Assembly (NCBI GenBank): GCA_964535715.1
Contig: CAZHUO010000003.1
Span: 256 to 64,255, forward strand
Length of the DNA stretch: 64,000 bases
Reading direction: 5' to 3'
Source: an uncultured Gammaproteobacteria bacterium
GTDB lineage: Bacteria > Patescibacteriota > Patescibacteriia > Buchananbacterales > UBA6539
Positions 38,061-49,081 of this stretch are shown here, piece after piece. The first letter of the stretch is position 1, and the number at the start of each line of letters is the position of its first letter. Made by a program: the position numbers and the translations under genes. Below the pieces are notes generated by a model. The model was not told the DNA's origin and made no database searches. It worked only from the letters and a program-made list of their open reading frames with translations.

Positions 38061-39896
38061 ATGCTTAATAGAAAAATATTCGGTCTGGATATTTCCGATC
38101 ATTCAATAGAGGCTTTGATGCTGAAAAAAAGAATTTTTGGCAAGCCAAAAGTATATTCTTACGCCAGGTCGATATTAAGAAGCGAGATTGTCAGTAACGG
38201 AATTATTAAAGATGCAAAAAAACTGGAAGAAAATATTGTAAAACTTATATATTCGGCAAAACCGAGGCTGTTTCGGACGCCGTATTGTATTTTATCTTTG
38301 CCAGAATCCCAAATTTTTACGGCGATATTTAAACTCCCGGCCGGATTAAGGCACGATGAAATTAAAAAGACAATTCCTTACAAAGCCGAAGAAGTCATCC
38401 CTTTTGAATCGACGGAAATTTATTTTGATTTTAAAGTAATAAAAAAGCAAGGAGCCACTCAGGAGGTATTTTATGCAGCTGTTTTGTCTAAAGTAGTTGA
38501 TTCATATGTCAGAGTTTTAAAAAACGTTGGATTAAAACCGGTTGCTTTTGATCTTGAATCAGTAAGTCTTGCTAAGGCACTTTTAAAGAATGGCAAAAAA
38601 TTACAAGGAAAAATATTGCTGGATATTGGCGCCAGGACTTCTAATCTAAGCATTTTTGATCAAAGTGGAATCAGACAAAGTCTAATAATAAAAGTAGCCG
38701 GAAATCGGTTTACTAAAGCAGTGGCAAAAGGTTTAGGCATAGCTGAAAAATTAGCTGAAGAACAAAAAATAAAAAATGGCTTGGATGAAAAAAATCAAAA
38801 GCCGAAAGCCTTGACCGCTTTAAAAAGCGAACTTAACAAGATAATCTCCGAGGTTAAAAAAGTAGTTGATTATTACCAGTTGGAAAATCAAAGGCAGATT
38901 GATGAGGTTATTTTGGCCGGCGGTTCGGCATTAATGCCGGGTATTGAAAAATATTTTTTTGACTCTTTAAAAATTAAAACTTCCATAGGCAATCCTTTTT
39001 TAAAAATTTCCGCTGGCCGATTTGATAAATTGAAAAATTATGGCGTAATGTTTTCCAACGTCTGTGGACTTGCCTTGCGGGGGATAAACAAAAAAGCGAT
39101 AACAAGCGATATAAATCTTCTGCCATTCCCGGCAAGAAGGCTTGAATTAATGCCGGAAAAATCAAATTTTAAAGCCTGGATTCCTTTTTATATTCGTTTG
39201 ATAATTTTAATAATATTGATTTTTGTATTGGGAGGAATTTTTTATTTAAAGAGTATTGGGGTTGATTTTTATAATAAAGTATTTCCAACCGAAACATATG
39301 AAAGCAAAATTACTCCCGATTTTGACATGGAGGTGATTGACCAGCTTCGCCAGAGATTAAATTCGACAAGTACCGAAGCTTTAATTAATGAAAATAATGC
39401 AGACAAAACGGAGGAGATAAAAATTGAAAAAATGGTAAAAGTTAAAGATACTCCGGCAGGAACGCTAAATGTAAGGCAAGGTCCGGCAACATCTTATGAT
39501 TTGGTAGGCAAAGTAACGCCGGGTCAGGAACTAAAATTTATTGAGGAGCAGAACGGCTGGTATAAAATTATTTTTGAGGGCACAAAAGAAGGCTGGGTTA
39601 TTAAAACCTACGCTGATATAATTGAAGTTAATGTCAATCAAAACCAGCAACCTTTGCCTGAAGTCAAAGGAGTTTCAATTCAGCTTGATAAAATTAAAAT
39701 TAGTAATGTTGATTCTGGATTTTTAAATGTTAGAAGCCAGCCGGGAATTGAAAATGAAAAAATTGGTAAAGTGATGGCCGGCCAGGAGTTTGAAGTTCTA
39801 GCCGAAGTCGAAGGCTGGTATAAAATTGAGTATACTGAAGACAAATATGGCTGGGTTTCTTCAGAATTCGCTTCACCAATTGAAAATAATAATTAA
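38061..39896 (+). CDS. pilM: PilM fused to a TM helix and two bacterial SH3 domains
   Basis: FGLDISD, LLDIGARTS, LAGGSALMPG actin-like fold; INLLP; TM; LNVRQGP..GWYKI and LNVRSQP..GWYKI. Confidence 0.82.
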   Translation: MLNRKIFGLDISDHSIEALMLKKRIFGKPKVYSYARSILRSEIVSNGIIKDAKKLEENIVKLIYSAKPRLFRTPYCILSLPESQIFTAIFKLPAGLRHDEIKKTIPYKAEEVIPFESTEIYFDFKVIKKQGATQEVFYAAVLSKVVDSYVRVLKNVGLKPVAFDLESVSLAKALLKNGKKLQGKILLDIGARTSNLSIFDQSGIRQSLIIKVAGNRFTKAVAKGLGIAEKLAEEQKIKNGLDEKNQKPKALTALKSELNKIISEVKKVVDYYQLENQRQIDEVILAGGSALMPGIEKYFFDSLKIKTSIGNPFLKISAGRFDKLKNYGVMFSNVCGLALRGINKKAITSDINLLPFPARRLELMPEKSNFKAWIPFYIRLIILIILIFVLGGIFYLKSIGVDFYNKVFPTETYESKITPDFDMEVIDQLRQRLNSTSTEALINENNADKTEEIKIEKMVKVKDTPAGTLNVRQGPATSYDLVGKVTPGQELKFIEEQNGWYKIIFEGTKEGWVIKTYADIIEVNVNQNQQPLPEVKGVSIQLDKIKISNVDSGFLNVRSQPGIENEKIGKVMAGQEFEVLAEVEGWYKIEYTEDKYGWVSSEFASPIENNN

Positions 39897-39928
39897 TTTA
39901 TATATATAAATTTAAAAATTAATTTAAA

Positions 39929-40405
39929 ATGAGAAAATCTATGAAAAAACAAAAAGGTTTTACTCTTATTGAGCTTTTGATTGTAATTGCAATCATTGCA
40001 ATTTTAGCATCAATAATTTATGTAGCGGTCGATCCAGCCCGCCGAATACAAGAGGCAAGGGATGCCCAGCGCTGGAGTTCGGTAAATTCCATTTTGAACG
40101 CTTATTTAAAGTATACGGTTGACAATGTCGGTACGGAACCGACAACTATTACCGGTACAAGCGCCCACATGATTTCAATAACCGGAACAACGGGAGTAAC
40201 TGCGCCGACTGACGCTTGTGCAGCAACAACAACCGCTTATGTGGCAAATTTGAGCAATTTAGTCCCAAACTATATTGCCGAAATTCCAGTTGATACTAAT
40301 TTTGCTAATGACTCCGGTTATTATATTACTAGGAATTCTGCCGGCAGAATAACAATTGGCGCATGTAACCCGGAAAGAACTACCGCCGTAAGCGTACAAA
40401 GGTAA
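39929..40405 (+). CDS. Type IV pilin (probable major pilin)
   Basis: KGFTLIELLIVIAIIAILA; followed by a terminator. Confidence 0.88.
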   Translation: MRKSMKKQKGFTLIELLIVIAIIAILASIIYVAVDPARRIQEARDAQRWSSVNSILNAYLKYTVDNVGTEPTTITGTSAHMISITGTTGVTAPTDACAATTTAYVANLSNLVPNYIAEIPVDTNFANDSGYYITRNSAGRITIGACNPERTTAVSVQR

Positions 40406-40425
40406 TTAATACTTAATATTTTAGG

Positions 40426-40454
40426 AAGCCCGGCTGAAAAGTCCGGGCTTTTTT
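40426..40454 (+). terminator. Intrinsic terminator after the pilin
   Basis: aagcccgg-ctgaaaagt-ccgggctt followed by a T-tract. Confidence 0.75.
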
Positions 40455-40531
40455 GTTTTTATATTTAATGTTATAATATAATTGATATTTGTAATTATAA
40501 TTAAATATTGTTTAAGATATTAGGGGAATAT

Positions 40532-41020
40532 ATGAAAAAACAAAGCGGGCTTACACTTATTGAGCTTTTAATTGTGATTGCAATTGTTGCGATTTTGGCG
40601 GCAATAATTTATGAGTCCATTGACCCTCCCAGGCGCATGGCAGAAGTTAGAAATGCAAGCCGATGGAGTTCGGTGAATGCAATTTTAAATTCATATTTAA
40701 AATATACTGTTGACAATGTTGCAGAACCTGTGGTTTTATCGTCCGGATTATATTATTTGATTGGTACGGACACAAGCGGATGCAATGCCTGCATAGCAAA
40801 AACAACTGAGCCGGCCTGTATTGATTTATCAGTCCTTGTTGACCGCTATTTGACGAAAATTCCTGGTGATCCAAGCTTTGCTGTTGATAATGATTTAAAT
40901 GGAATTTGGGATAAAACCGGTTTTTATATAATGCGTTCAAATAACGGCAGAATTTCAGTCGGAGCATGCAGCCCAGAAATAATATTGGGCCAAATTCAGG
41001 AAATCGAGGTAAGCCGTTAA
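40532..41020 (+). CDS. Type IV pilin paralog
   Basis: SGLTLIELLIVIAI; shares RWSSVN.ILN.YLKYTVDNV with the upstream pilin. Confidence 0.85.
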   Translation: MKKQSGLTLIELLIVIAIVAILAAIIYESIDPPRRMAEVRNASRWSSVNAILNSYLKYTVDNVAEPVVLSSGLYYLIGTDTSGCNACIAKTTEPACIDLSVLVDRYLTKIPGDPSFAVDNDLNGIWDKTGFYIMRSNNGRISVGACSPEIILGQIQEIEVSR

Positions 41021-41050
41021 TTTTTTTATGCATATTGAATAAAAAACTTT

Positions 41051-41563
41051 ATGGGAAAAAAAATAATCTTTATTATTGCCCAGAATAATTTCAGAGATGA
41101 AGAGCTTATAGAGCCAAAACAAATTTTGGAAAAAAGGGGAATTTTGGTAAAAATCGCTTCAAAGACCAGAGCCAAAGCTTTTGGCAAAATCGGTACTGAA
41201 ATCAATCCTGATTTTTCTTTGGCAGAAATTGAGGCAAAAAATTTTGATGCCATTGCTTTTGTTGGTGGAGCCGGCGCCAGACAATATCTGGATGATCCTG
41301 ATGCCTTAAGGATTGCCGGCGAATTTAAAAAAGCCGATAAAATTATAGGCGGAATATGTATTGGCCCTTCAATTTTGGCCAATGCCGGAATCATTATCGG
41401 TAAAAAGGTTACGGCTTTTCCGACTGAAGAAGAAAATTTGAGAAATCGCGGAGCCGAATATACCGGCATGCAGTTTGAAGTAGATGGAAAATTAGTTACT
41501 GCCAAAGATCCGACTGCGGCAAAAGAATTTGGGGAAAAGCTGGCATATCTGCTGGAAGAATAA
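41051..41563 (+). CDS. DJ-1/PfpI-family protein
   Basis: FRDEE, FVGGAG, ICIGP nucleophile, VTA. Confidence 0.9.
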   Translation: MGKKIIFIIAQNNFRDEELIEPKQILEKRGILVKIASKTRAKAFGKIGTEINPDFSLAEIEAKNFDAIAFVGGAGARQYLDDPDALRIAGEFKKADKIIGGICIGPSILANAGIIIGKKVTAFPTEEENLRNRGAEYTGMQFEVDGKLVTAKDPTAAKEFGEKLAYLLEE

Positions 41564-41670
41564 TTTTTGTAATCTTAAATCTAATATCTAAAATTTAAAA
41601 ATCGCATATAAAGAATAAAAAGATATTAGATAAAAGATATTATATATAAGATTTTAGATATTAGATATTT

Positions 41671-42612
41671 ATGTTATACGATGTCATAATCATCGGTGCC
41701 GGTCCGGCAGGAATGTCTGCCGGTATTTATTGCTGTCGAAAAAAGCTATCTACTTTAGTTTTGTCCAAGGATATCGGCGGGCAGACGGCCAAATCTTGGG
41801 ATGTTGAAAATTATCTTGGTTATAATTTGATTTCCGGGCTAGAGCTTTCTCAAAAATTCAAAGAACACTTTAATCAATTCAATTGTGCCAAATTAAAAGT
41901 CGGTATAGAAATTTTAAGCTTAAAAAAAAGTGGTAAATTTTTTGATGTTAAAGTTAATAATGGTGCAAGCTTTGGGGGCAAAACTGTGATTATTGCTTCC
42001 GGTAAAAGTTCTCGTGAGCTTGATGTTTTAGGCGAAAAGGAATTTCGCAATAAAGGCGTTACTTACTGCGCCATTTGCGATGCGCCGATATTTAAAGATA
42101 AAGCCGTGGCGGTTATCGGCGGTGGGGACTCGGCTTTGGATGCGTCATATCAACTTACTAAGATTGCCAAAAAAATCTATCTTTTGGTTTGGGATAAAAA
42201 ATTTAAAATCAATTTAGATAAAGTTTTACTGGAAAATACCCTAAACAGCCCCAAAGTACAAGTAATATTTAATGCTTCGGTAACTAAAATTATCGGTGAT
42301 AAATTTGTTGCCGGTTTGATCTATCAAGATTTAATTTCCAAGAAAAATAACCAGCTGCCTGTTGAGGGAGTTTTTATTGAAATCGGTTCTATTCCGTCAG
42401 TTGATTTTTGCAAAGGCTTGGTAAAATTAAATAAGCAGGGTGAAATTATAATTGACCGGCATAACATGACTTCGGTTAAAGGAATTTTTGCCGCCGGCGA
42501 TGTAACCGATGTTTTGGAGAAACAAACCATAATTGCCGCCGGCGAAGGGGCAAAAGCGGCGATTGGTGCGGCAAATTACTTAAGTAGGCAAAAAACAACA
42601 GTTAACAATTAA
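41671..42612 (+). CDS. trxB: Thioredoxin-disulfide reductase
   Basis: IIGAGPAG, YCAICD redox pair, GGGDSA, FAAGD. Confidence 0.85.
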   Translation: MLYDVIIIGAGPAGMSAGIYCCRKKLSTLVLSKDIGGQTAKSWDVENYLGYNLISGLELSQKFKEHFNQFNCAKLKVGIEILSLKKSGKFFDVKVNNGASFGGKTVIIASGKSSRELDVLGEKEFRNKGVTYCAICDAPIFKDKAVAVIGGGDSALDASYQLTKIAKKIYLLVWDKKFKINLDKVLLENTLNSPKVQVIFNASVTKIIGDKFVAGLIYQDLISKKNNQLPVEGVFIEIGSIPSVDFCKGLVKLNKQGEIIIDRHNMTSVKGIFAAGDVTDVLEKQTIIAAGEGAKAAIGAANYLSRQKTTVNN

Positions 42613-42629
42613 CATTTAACAGTTAACTT

Positions 42630-42863
42630 ATGAAAAAAATTATCATTTATTCCACGCCGACCTGCCCTTACTGCAAGATGGTCAAGGAATATCTAAAGAG
42701 CAAAAATATCGAATTTACCGATTATAATGTGGCTGACGACAGTGCAAAAGCTAAAGAAATGATTGATAAATCAGGCCAGATGGGCGTGCCGGTGATTGAT
42801 ATTGAAGGCAAAATTATTGTCGGTTTTGATCAGGAAGCGATAAATCGCGAATTGGGTCTATAA
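42630..42863 (+). CDS. Glutaredoxin-like (NrdH/YruB-type) protein
   Basis: TCPYC, GQMGVPV, VGFD. Confidence 0.88.
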   Translation: MKKIIIYSTPTCPYCKMVKEYLKSKNIEFTDYNVADDSAKAKEMIDKSGQMGVPVIDIEGKIIVGFDQEAINRELGL

Positions 42864-42917
42864 GCCATATAGATTGACTTTATTATTTATTCGATTTATA
42901 ATTTTTAAACAAATAAA

Positions 42918-42963
42918 CGCCACACCTAAGATTGTAGTTTCTAACATTATTTTAGGTGTGGCG
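42918..42963. repeat. 12-bp perfect inverted repeat
   Basis: cgccacacctaa ... ttaggtgtggcg. Confidence 0.6.
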
Positions 42964-43152
42964 GTAAATATTGCTAATTTAATCAAAGGGGCCTTGCCCC
43001 CTAGTTTAGCTTTGTAGATATTTCATTAAATAAAGTGGTTGTTATATCAAGAAAAAATCTAAATTGTTAACGTATAAATTCAAAATTTATTATCTTAATA
43101 TTTACCATTGTTTAAGGGATCTCTCCCTTCAGTCGAGATGACCAACGAGAAT

Positions 43153-43197
43153 ATGCCAAAATTCGAATTAGACAACAAATTAAAGCCCAAGGGTGAC
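43153..43197 (+). pseudogene. Diverged relic of the uvrB N-terminus (MPKFELDNKLKPKGD)
   Basis: Aligns with the functional start MNKFQLQSKYRPKGDQ; cut off by a palindromic element. Confidence 0.7.
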
Positions 43198-43307
43198 CCC
43201 GCCTCAAGCCCGAAATAGAAAATATCAGTTGATTAAAGTTTTCTCTCAAAATCGCCTTCGGCTTAATTAGTTGTAAATTAGGGTTTTTCTAGGGGCTTTG
43301 GGCGGGG
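43197..43307. mobile_element. MITE/REP-like element with 15-bp terminal inverted repeats
   Basis: ccccgcctcaagccc ... gggctttgggcgggg with central cgccttcggct. Confidence 0.65.
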
Positions 43308-43333
43308 CAAGTCAGCCAAATTAAAATATAACA

Positions 43334-45313
43334 ATGAACAAATTTCAATTACAAAGTAAATATCGGCCTAAAGGAGATCAAGTTAAGGCAATAAAACAAC
43401 TGGTGGAGGGCTACAAAAAATATCAGCAGCAGACGCTTTTAGGCGTGACCGGTTCGGGCAAGACTTTTAGCATTGCCAATGTTATTTCGCAGGTGCAGAA
43501 ACCGACTTTGGTGCTGTCACATAACAAAACTTTGGCTGCCCAGCTCTACCAAGAATTTCAAACATTTTTTCCGAAAAATCGGGTTTGTTATTTTGTTTCC
43601 TATTATGATTATTACCAGCCGGAAAGCTATTTGCCGATTTCCGATACCTATATTGAAAAAGACGCTACAATCAATGAAACCATTGAGCGCTTGCGTTTGG
43701 AAGCAGCCACGTCACTTTTGGCCAGGTCGGATGTCATTATTGTGGCTTCGGTTTCCTGTATCTATGCTTTTGGCCAGCCGGCTGATTTTGAAGGTGAAAG
43801 CTTTCATCTGACAGTTGGTCAGAAATTAGATAAGCGCGATTTGTTAGCGGCATTAATAAAAATTCAGTATGAAAGAAATGAAACAGATTTAAGATTCGGC
43901 CGTTTTCGGGTCCGCGGCGATAGTATTGATATAATTCAAGGATCGGCCAACAGTAATATTGTCAGAATCCAGCTTTTTAATGATGTAATTGAAGCGATTT
44001 CCGATGTTGATAAAATGACCGGAAAAAAAATCAATGACCTGCGGGATGTTTTTATTTATCCGGCAAAGCCCTTTGTGGTGCCAGAAAATAGGCTTAAGCC
44101 AGCAATGGAATCTATTCGACAGGAACTTGAAAAGCGCCTGCCGGAACTTGACACAATCGAGGCATACCGTCTTAAACAAAGGACTAATTATGATTTGGAA
44201 ATGCTAGAACAGCTTGGCTACTGCAAAGGCATGGAAAATTATTCTAGGCATTTTGACAACCGCAAACCAGGCCAGCCGCCGTTTACTTTGATTGATTTTT
44301 TCGAATATGCGGCCAAAGATTGGCTTTTGGTAATTGATGAAAGCCACCAGTCAATTCCGCAAATCGGCGGAATGTATCATGGGGACTTCGCCAGAAAAAA
44401 AAATCTGATTGACTACGGCTTTCGCCTGCCCAGTGCTTATGATAACCGCCCATTGAAGTTTAAGGAATTTGAAAAATATCTTAAGCATGTAATCTATACT
44501 TCGGCCACACCGGGTGAATATGAATTAGTCCAAAGCGGCCAGGTGGTTGAACAAATAATCAGGCCAACCGGCTTAATTGATCCGCCGATTGAAGTTCGGC
44601 CGGTAACTGGCCAGGTTCCGGATTTGATTTCAGAAATTAAAAAAGTCACCAAAAACGGTTATCGCGTCTTGGTAACAACTTTGACAAAGCGGATGGCTGA
44701 AGATTTGGCAACTTATCTGGTTGATGAGGGTATTAAATCGGTATATCTGCATTCGGAAATTGAAACTTTGGTCAGGATAAAGATTATAAATGAATTGCGA
44801 ACAGGCAAATATGATGTTTTAGTCGGCATTAACTTGCTTAGAGAAGGCCTGGATTTGCCGGAAGTGGCTTTAGTGGCGATTTTGGATGCCGATAAAGAAG
44901 GTTTTTTGAGAAACACTAAAAGTTTGATTCAGACAGCCGGCCGCGCGGCTCGCAATGTCAATTCAAAAGTTATCATGTATGCCGACAGGATTACCGGTTC
45001 AATTAAAGAAGCAATTAGTGAAACTAATCGCCGGCGGAAAATTCAAACTGCTTACAATAAAAAGCATGGCATTACCCCGAAAAGCATTATTAAAGCAATC
45101 ACCCAGGAAGAAACAGTAATTGAGCCGGGTGAAAAAGGCTTAGAGTTTAATGTTGATAAATTAATTATTGATTTAGAGGGACAAATGAGATTGGCGGCAG
45201 AAGAGCTAAATTTTGAAAAAGCAATTGAATTGCGCGATAAAATTGAAAAACTTAAGGAAAGCTTTAATGAAGATGCAATACCGTATAGAAAAAGAACCAG
45301 GAAGAACAGTTAG
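43334..45313 (+). CDS. uvrB: Excinuclease ABC subunit B
   Basis: GVTGSGKT, HNKTLAAQLY, YYDYYQPE, DESH, GINLLREGLD. Confidence 0.98.
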   Translation: MNKFQLQSKYRPKGDQVKAIKQLVEGYKKYQQQTLLGVTGSGKTFSIANVISQVQKPTLVLSHNKTLAAQLYQEFQTFFPKNRVCYFVSYYDYYQPESYLPISDTYIEKDATINETIERLRLEAATSLLARSDVIIVASVSCIYAFGQPADFEGESFHLTVGQKLDKRDLLAALIKIQYERNETDLRFGRFRVRGDSIDIIQGSANSNIVRIQLFNDVIEAISDVDKMTGKKINDLRDVFIYPAKPFVVPENRLKPAMESIRQELEKRLPELDTIEAYRLKQRTNYDLEMLEQLGYCKGMENYSRHFDNRKPGQPPFTLIDFFEYAAKDWLLVIDESHQSIPQIGGMYHGDFARKKNLIDYGFRLPSAYDNRPLKFKEFEKYLKHVIYTSATPGEYELVQSGQVVEQIIRPTGLIDPPIEVRPVTGQVPDLISEIKKVTKNGYRVLVTTLTKRMAEDLATYLVDEGIKSVYLHSEIETLVRIKIINELRTGKYDVLVGINLLREGLDLPEVALVAILDADKEGFLRNTKSLIQTAGRAARNVNSKVIMYADRITGSIKEAISETNRRRKIQTAYNKKHGITPKSIIKAITQEETVIEPGEKGLEFNVDKLIIDLEGQMRLAAEELNFEKAIELRDKIEKLKESFNEDAIPYRKRTRKNS

Positions 45314-45400
45314 TGCGGAGTAAAACTATTAAATAAATTTTCAATTCTTAATTTACAATTAATTTTTTTATATTTAAATAATATAAATTGAATCTGTGCT

Positions 45401-45456
45401 AAAGGCGCATCTACTGTACATCTCCGCCATAGGTGGACAAGCGCCTCTGGCGGAAA
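45401..45456. repeat. Copy of the tccgcc..ggcgga palindromic family
   Basis: aaaggcgcatc...tccgccataggtggacaagcgcctctggcgga, similar to 15682-15726 and 2851-2880. Confidence 0.7.
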
Positions 45457-45491
45457 AATTCGAATTTTAAAATTCAAAATTATAAATAATT

Positions 45492-48317
45492 ATGTCTAAC
45501 AAATTTATCACAATCCGCGGAGCCCGCGAACACAACTTAAAAAACATTAACGTTGATATTCCGATTGATAAGCTGACCGTAATTACCGGCTTGTCCGGCT
45601 CGGGAAAATCAACGCTGGCTTTTGATACCATTTATGCCGAGGGTCAGCGCCGGTATGTTGAAAGTTTATCCGCTTATGCGCGGCAATTTTTGGGTTTAAT
45701 GAATAAGCCGGATGTTGATAAAATCACCGGACTATCGCCGGCAATTTCCATTGAACAGAAATCAATTTCCAAAAATCCCCGGTCAACTGTCGGAACGATT
45801 ACTGAAATTGCTGATTATTTACGTTTACTTTATGCCAGAATAGGAATTCCACATTGTCCAAATTGTGGTAAACGGATTATGTCGCAATCGGTTGAAATGA
45901 TTACCGAAACATTACTTAAAGAAAAAAATGGCACTAAAATTCAAATTTTAGCTCCAATCATTCGTAGTAAAAAGGGAACCTATGAAAAACTTTTTATGGA
46001 ATTAGAGAAGAAAGGTTATATTAGAATCAGACTAAACGGCGAAATAAAGGATTTGGCTGATTTTGAAAATTTCAAGTTAAACAAGCAGACAAAACATAAT
46101 ATTGAAATAGTCATTGACCGGTTGGTTATTAAAAAAGGCGTTGAAAGCCGGCTTAATGAAGCGATTGAAACCGCTTTAGGCGAAGCTGAGGGATTGGTTT
46201 TGGCAATAATCGAAAAAAACGAACGGCTATTTTCTCAAGCCAATGCTTGTGCTGACTGTGGTATTTCAGTCGGCGAACTGCAGCCCAGGATGTTTTCTTT
46301 TAATTCGCCGTTTGGCGCTTGCCCAAATTGCCATGGTTTAGGTTATTTACAACAGGTTGATGCTGATTTAATCATTCCAGATAAAAATATATCTTTAGCC
46401 CAAGGCGCGGTAAAACCATGGAAAGCACACGGCGAAGGCTGGCGAAACCAGCAACTGGACGGCTTGGCAAAGTATTACCATTTTGACCTTTGGACTCCTT
46501 GGAAAAATTTACCTAAAAAAGTTCAAGATATTGTATTATTTGGCAGTAAAGATGAAATAAAATTTGACGTAAAATCATGGGAAGGCCAAATGAGTCATAG
46601 TTGGACCGGCAGTTTTGAAGGCATAATCCCGCAAATTGAAAGACTATATAAGCAAACCGAATCGGAATGGCGCAGGCAGGAAATGGAAAAATTTATGCGT
46701 TTAGGTGATTGTCCTAATTGTGGCGGCAAGCGGCTTAAACCCGAAGTTTTGGCAGTTACGATTAACAATAAAAACATTTGGGAAGCAACGGAATTTTCGA
46801 TTGAAAGAGCTTTGGAATTTTTCAGCAATTTGCAGTTGACTAAGCAGGAAACCGAAGTTGCCCGCTTAATTCTAAAAGAAATTGAAAATCGGTTGAAATT
46901 TTTGATTAATGTAGGCTTAAACTATTTGACTCTGTCTCGCGCCGCCCAGACGCTTTCCGGCGGGGAGGCTCAACGGATTAGATTAGCCACCCAAATCGGT
47001 TCGGAACTGCGCGGAGTTTTGTATATACTAGACGAGCCGTCAATTGGCTTGCACCAACGAGACAACGAAAAACTGATTTCGACTTTAAGAAATTTAAGAG
47101 ATTTGGGCAATACGGTTATTGTGGTTGAGCATGATTCAGAAACAATTTTAACAGCTGACCATGTTATTGATCTGGGGCCGGGTGCGGGCATCCATGGCGG
47201 TGAAATTGTCTGTTTTGGCACGCCACAGCAAATAAAAAAATGTCCATATTCGCTTACCGGTCAATACTTGGTCGGCAAGCTGTCAATTAATATTCCGGCT
47301 AAGCGGCGCAAGGCTTTTGATTTTTTGGAAATTTTCGGCGCTCAGCAGAATAATTTGAAAAATATTGACGTAAAAATTCCGCTTAAAGTCTTTACCTGCG
47401 TCACCGGCGTTTCGGGTTCGGGAAAAAGCAGTCTGGTTAATGATATTTTGTATAAAGCTTTATATAAAATATTTTTGGCATCAACGGAAAAACCTGGTAA
47501 GTATAAGAACATGAAAGGCTATGGCTTATTAGATAAAGCGGTTATCGTTGATCAGTCGCCGATTGGCCGAACGCCCCGAAGCAACCCGGCAACATATATC
47601 GGAGTTTTCACTTATATCAGAGAATTATTTACAATGACCAAAGAAGCCAAAGCCAAAGGCTATAAATCCGGCCGGTTCAGCTTTAATGTCTCCGGCGGCC
47701 GTTGCGAAGAATGCGAAGGCGATGGGGTAAAGAAAATCGAAATGCATTTTCTGCCGGACGTTTATATTGAATGTGAGAAATGCAAGGGTCGGCGCTATAA
47801 TCAGGAAACTTTGGCGATCAAATACAAAAATAAAAATATTGCCGATATTTTGAATATGACTGTTGAAGAAGCACTTAATTTTTTTGAAAATATTCCGCGG
47901 GTAAAAAGCAAGCTTCAGACTTTATATGATGTCGGTTTGGGTTATATTACTTTAGGTCAGAGTGCCACGACATTATCGGGTGGGGAAGCCCAGCGCATAA
48001 AACTTACATCTGAACTATCCCGCAAAGGCGGCAATACAATGTACATTTTGGATGAGCCGACAACCGGTTTGCATTTTGCCGATGTAAAAAAATTGCTGGA
48101 AGTTTTAAATCGTTTAGTTGATAAGGGTAATTCGGTTTTGGTCATCGAACATAATTTAGACGTGATTAAATCGGCTGATTGGGTGATTGATTTGGGACCT
48201 GAAGGCGGGGATAAGGGCGGGAGGATTATTGCCGAAGGCACGCCCGAGAAAATTGCCAAATGCGCGAAGTGGAGCTATACCGGGAAGTATCTCCGGGAAG
48301 TTTTAGGTAGTAGGTAG
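45492..48317 (+). CDS. uvrA: Excinuclease ABC subunit A
   Basis: [17 protein letters not shown], two ABC domains with LSGGEAQR, zinc fingers. Confidence 0.98.
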   Translation: MSNKFITIRGAREHNLKNINVDIPIDKLTVITGLSGSGKSTLAFDTIYAEGQRRYVESLSAYARQFLGLMNKPDVDKITGLSPAISIEQKSISKNPRSTVGTITEIADYLRLLYARIGIPHCPNCGKRIMSQSVEMITETLLKEKNGTKIQILAPIIRSKKGTYEKLFMELEKKGYIRIRLNGEIKDLADFENFKLNKQTKHNIEIVIDRLVIKKGVESRLNEAIETALGEAEGLVLAIIEKNERLFSQANACADCGISVGELQPRMFSFNSPFGACPNCHGLGYLQQVDADLIIPDKNISLAQGAVKPWKAHGEGWRNQQLDGLAKYYHFDLWTPWKNLPKKVQDIVLFGSKDEIKFDVKSWEGQMSHSWTGSFEGIIPQIERLYKQTESEWRRQEMEKFMRLGDCPNCGGKRLKPEVLAVTINNKNIWEATEFSIERALEFFSNLQLTKQETEVARLILKEIENRLKFLINVGLNYLTLSRAAQTLSGGEAQRIRLATQIGSELRGVLYILDEPSIGLHQRDNEKLISTLRNLRDLGNTVIVVEHDSETILTADHVIDLGPGAGIHGGEIVCFGTPQQIKKCPYSLTGQYLVGKLSINIPAKRRKAFDFLEIFGAQQNNLKNIDVKIPLKVFTCVTGVSGSGKSSLVNDILYKALYKIFLASTEKPGKYKNMKGYGLLDKAVIVDQSPIGRTPRSNPATYIGVFTYIRELFTMTKEAKAKGYKSGRFSFNVSGGRCEECEGDGVKKIEMHFLPDVYIECEKCKGRRYNQETLAIKYKNKNIADILNMTVEEALNFFENIPRVKSKLQTLYDVGLGYITLGQSATTLSGGEAQRIKLTSELSRKGGNTMYILDEPTTGLHFADVKKLLEVLNRLVDKGNSVLVIEHNLDVIKSADWVIDLGPEGGDKGGRIIAEGTPEKIAKCAKWSYTGKYLREVLGSR

Positions 48318-48631
48318 TTGGTAGTGGTTAGGCGCTAGGCTTTATGTTTTAAAAACCTGTAAAGGCGAGTAAGTCTGGGTAGTAAATTAAAAGTAAATTA
48401 AGGAGAAAAGTAAATTAAGCTTGCTTTTAGTTTACTTTTATTTACTTTTTACTCGCTTCTATACGCTTTTTAAATTCGCTTCTAATTTACTTTAAATAAC
48501 TTTATTAAAAAAAGAGACGGCGTTTAAGTCGTCTCGAATTCTTGTCGAATAACCAATTCGGTTATCCTTCTGAAATGCGGTTCTGTCTCTATTGGCCAAT
48601 AAATAGGTTTAAAATAATATTCCCATTGTGG

Positions 48632-48739
48632 TCAGGAAATGCCTTTTGTCTGAAGCCGAAACCGCCGGCGGCTTTTTTTTTCCACCATATCAAGCGGCTC
48701 GTGGTCGCCAAGGGAGACCAGTCTTCGGTTTCTTTTCAT
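48632..48739 (-). CDS. Possible small basic peptide (35 aa)
   Basis: AGGAGG SD before the ATG; minus-strand terminator-like hairpin at about 48508-48536; no recognisable domain. Confidence 0.25.
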   Translation of the reverse strand: MKRNRRLVSLGDHEPLDMVEKKSRRRFRLQTKGIS

Positions 48740-48820
48740 GTTTATTTCCTCCTATTTGTTGTGTTATTTTAACCGGAACAAGGAATGCTAGCATTTTTTA
48801 GGCATATTCCTCTCCCTCTG

Positions 48821-49044
48821 GTCATTTCGACCGAGTATTCATATATCTTGTCACTCTGAACTTGCCTGCCCGCCGAAACGAAATGAAGGCGGGTTTCAGA
48901 GTCTCAAGACTTCCCTAGATCCTGAACCAAGTTCAGGATGACAAAAATGACAAGTACTGTAAGCTCAGATGAACGGCGACGGAACAAATAATTTGCATGA
49001 GCGTATTCGTAGTACGCCATGAAAGGCTCCGGAACATAAAAAAA
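48821..49044 (+). repeat. Composite nested REP-like element, copy 1
   Basis: gtcactctgaactt[gcctgcccgccgaaacgaaatgaaggcggg]tttcagagtct...gatcctgaaccaagttcaggatgac; inverted copy at 61411-61634. Confidence 0.85.
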
Positions 49045-49067
49045 CCGCTTAGCATTTGCTAAGCGGG
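49038..49067 (-). terminator. Intrinsic terminator of the metallophosphoesterase gene
   Basis: ccgcttagc-aaat-gctaagcgg plus T-tract on the minus strand. Confidence 0.75.
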
Positions 49068-49081
49068 CTGTTTCAAAAAAA

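Noticed and set aside
42964-43143. SOS box or riboswitch upstream of uvrB
   Set aside because: Short inverted repeats and a REP half-site are present, but I could not match a known operator or aptamer
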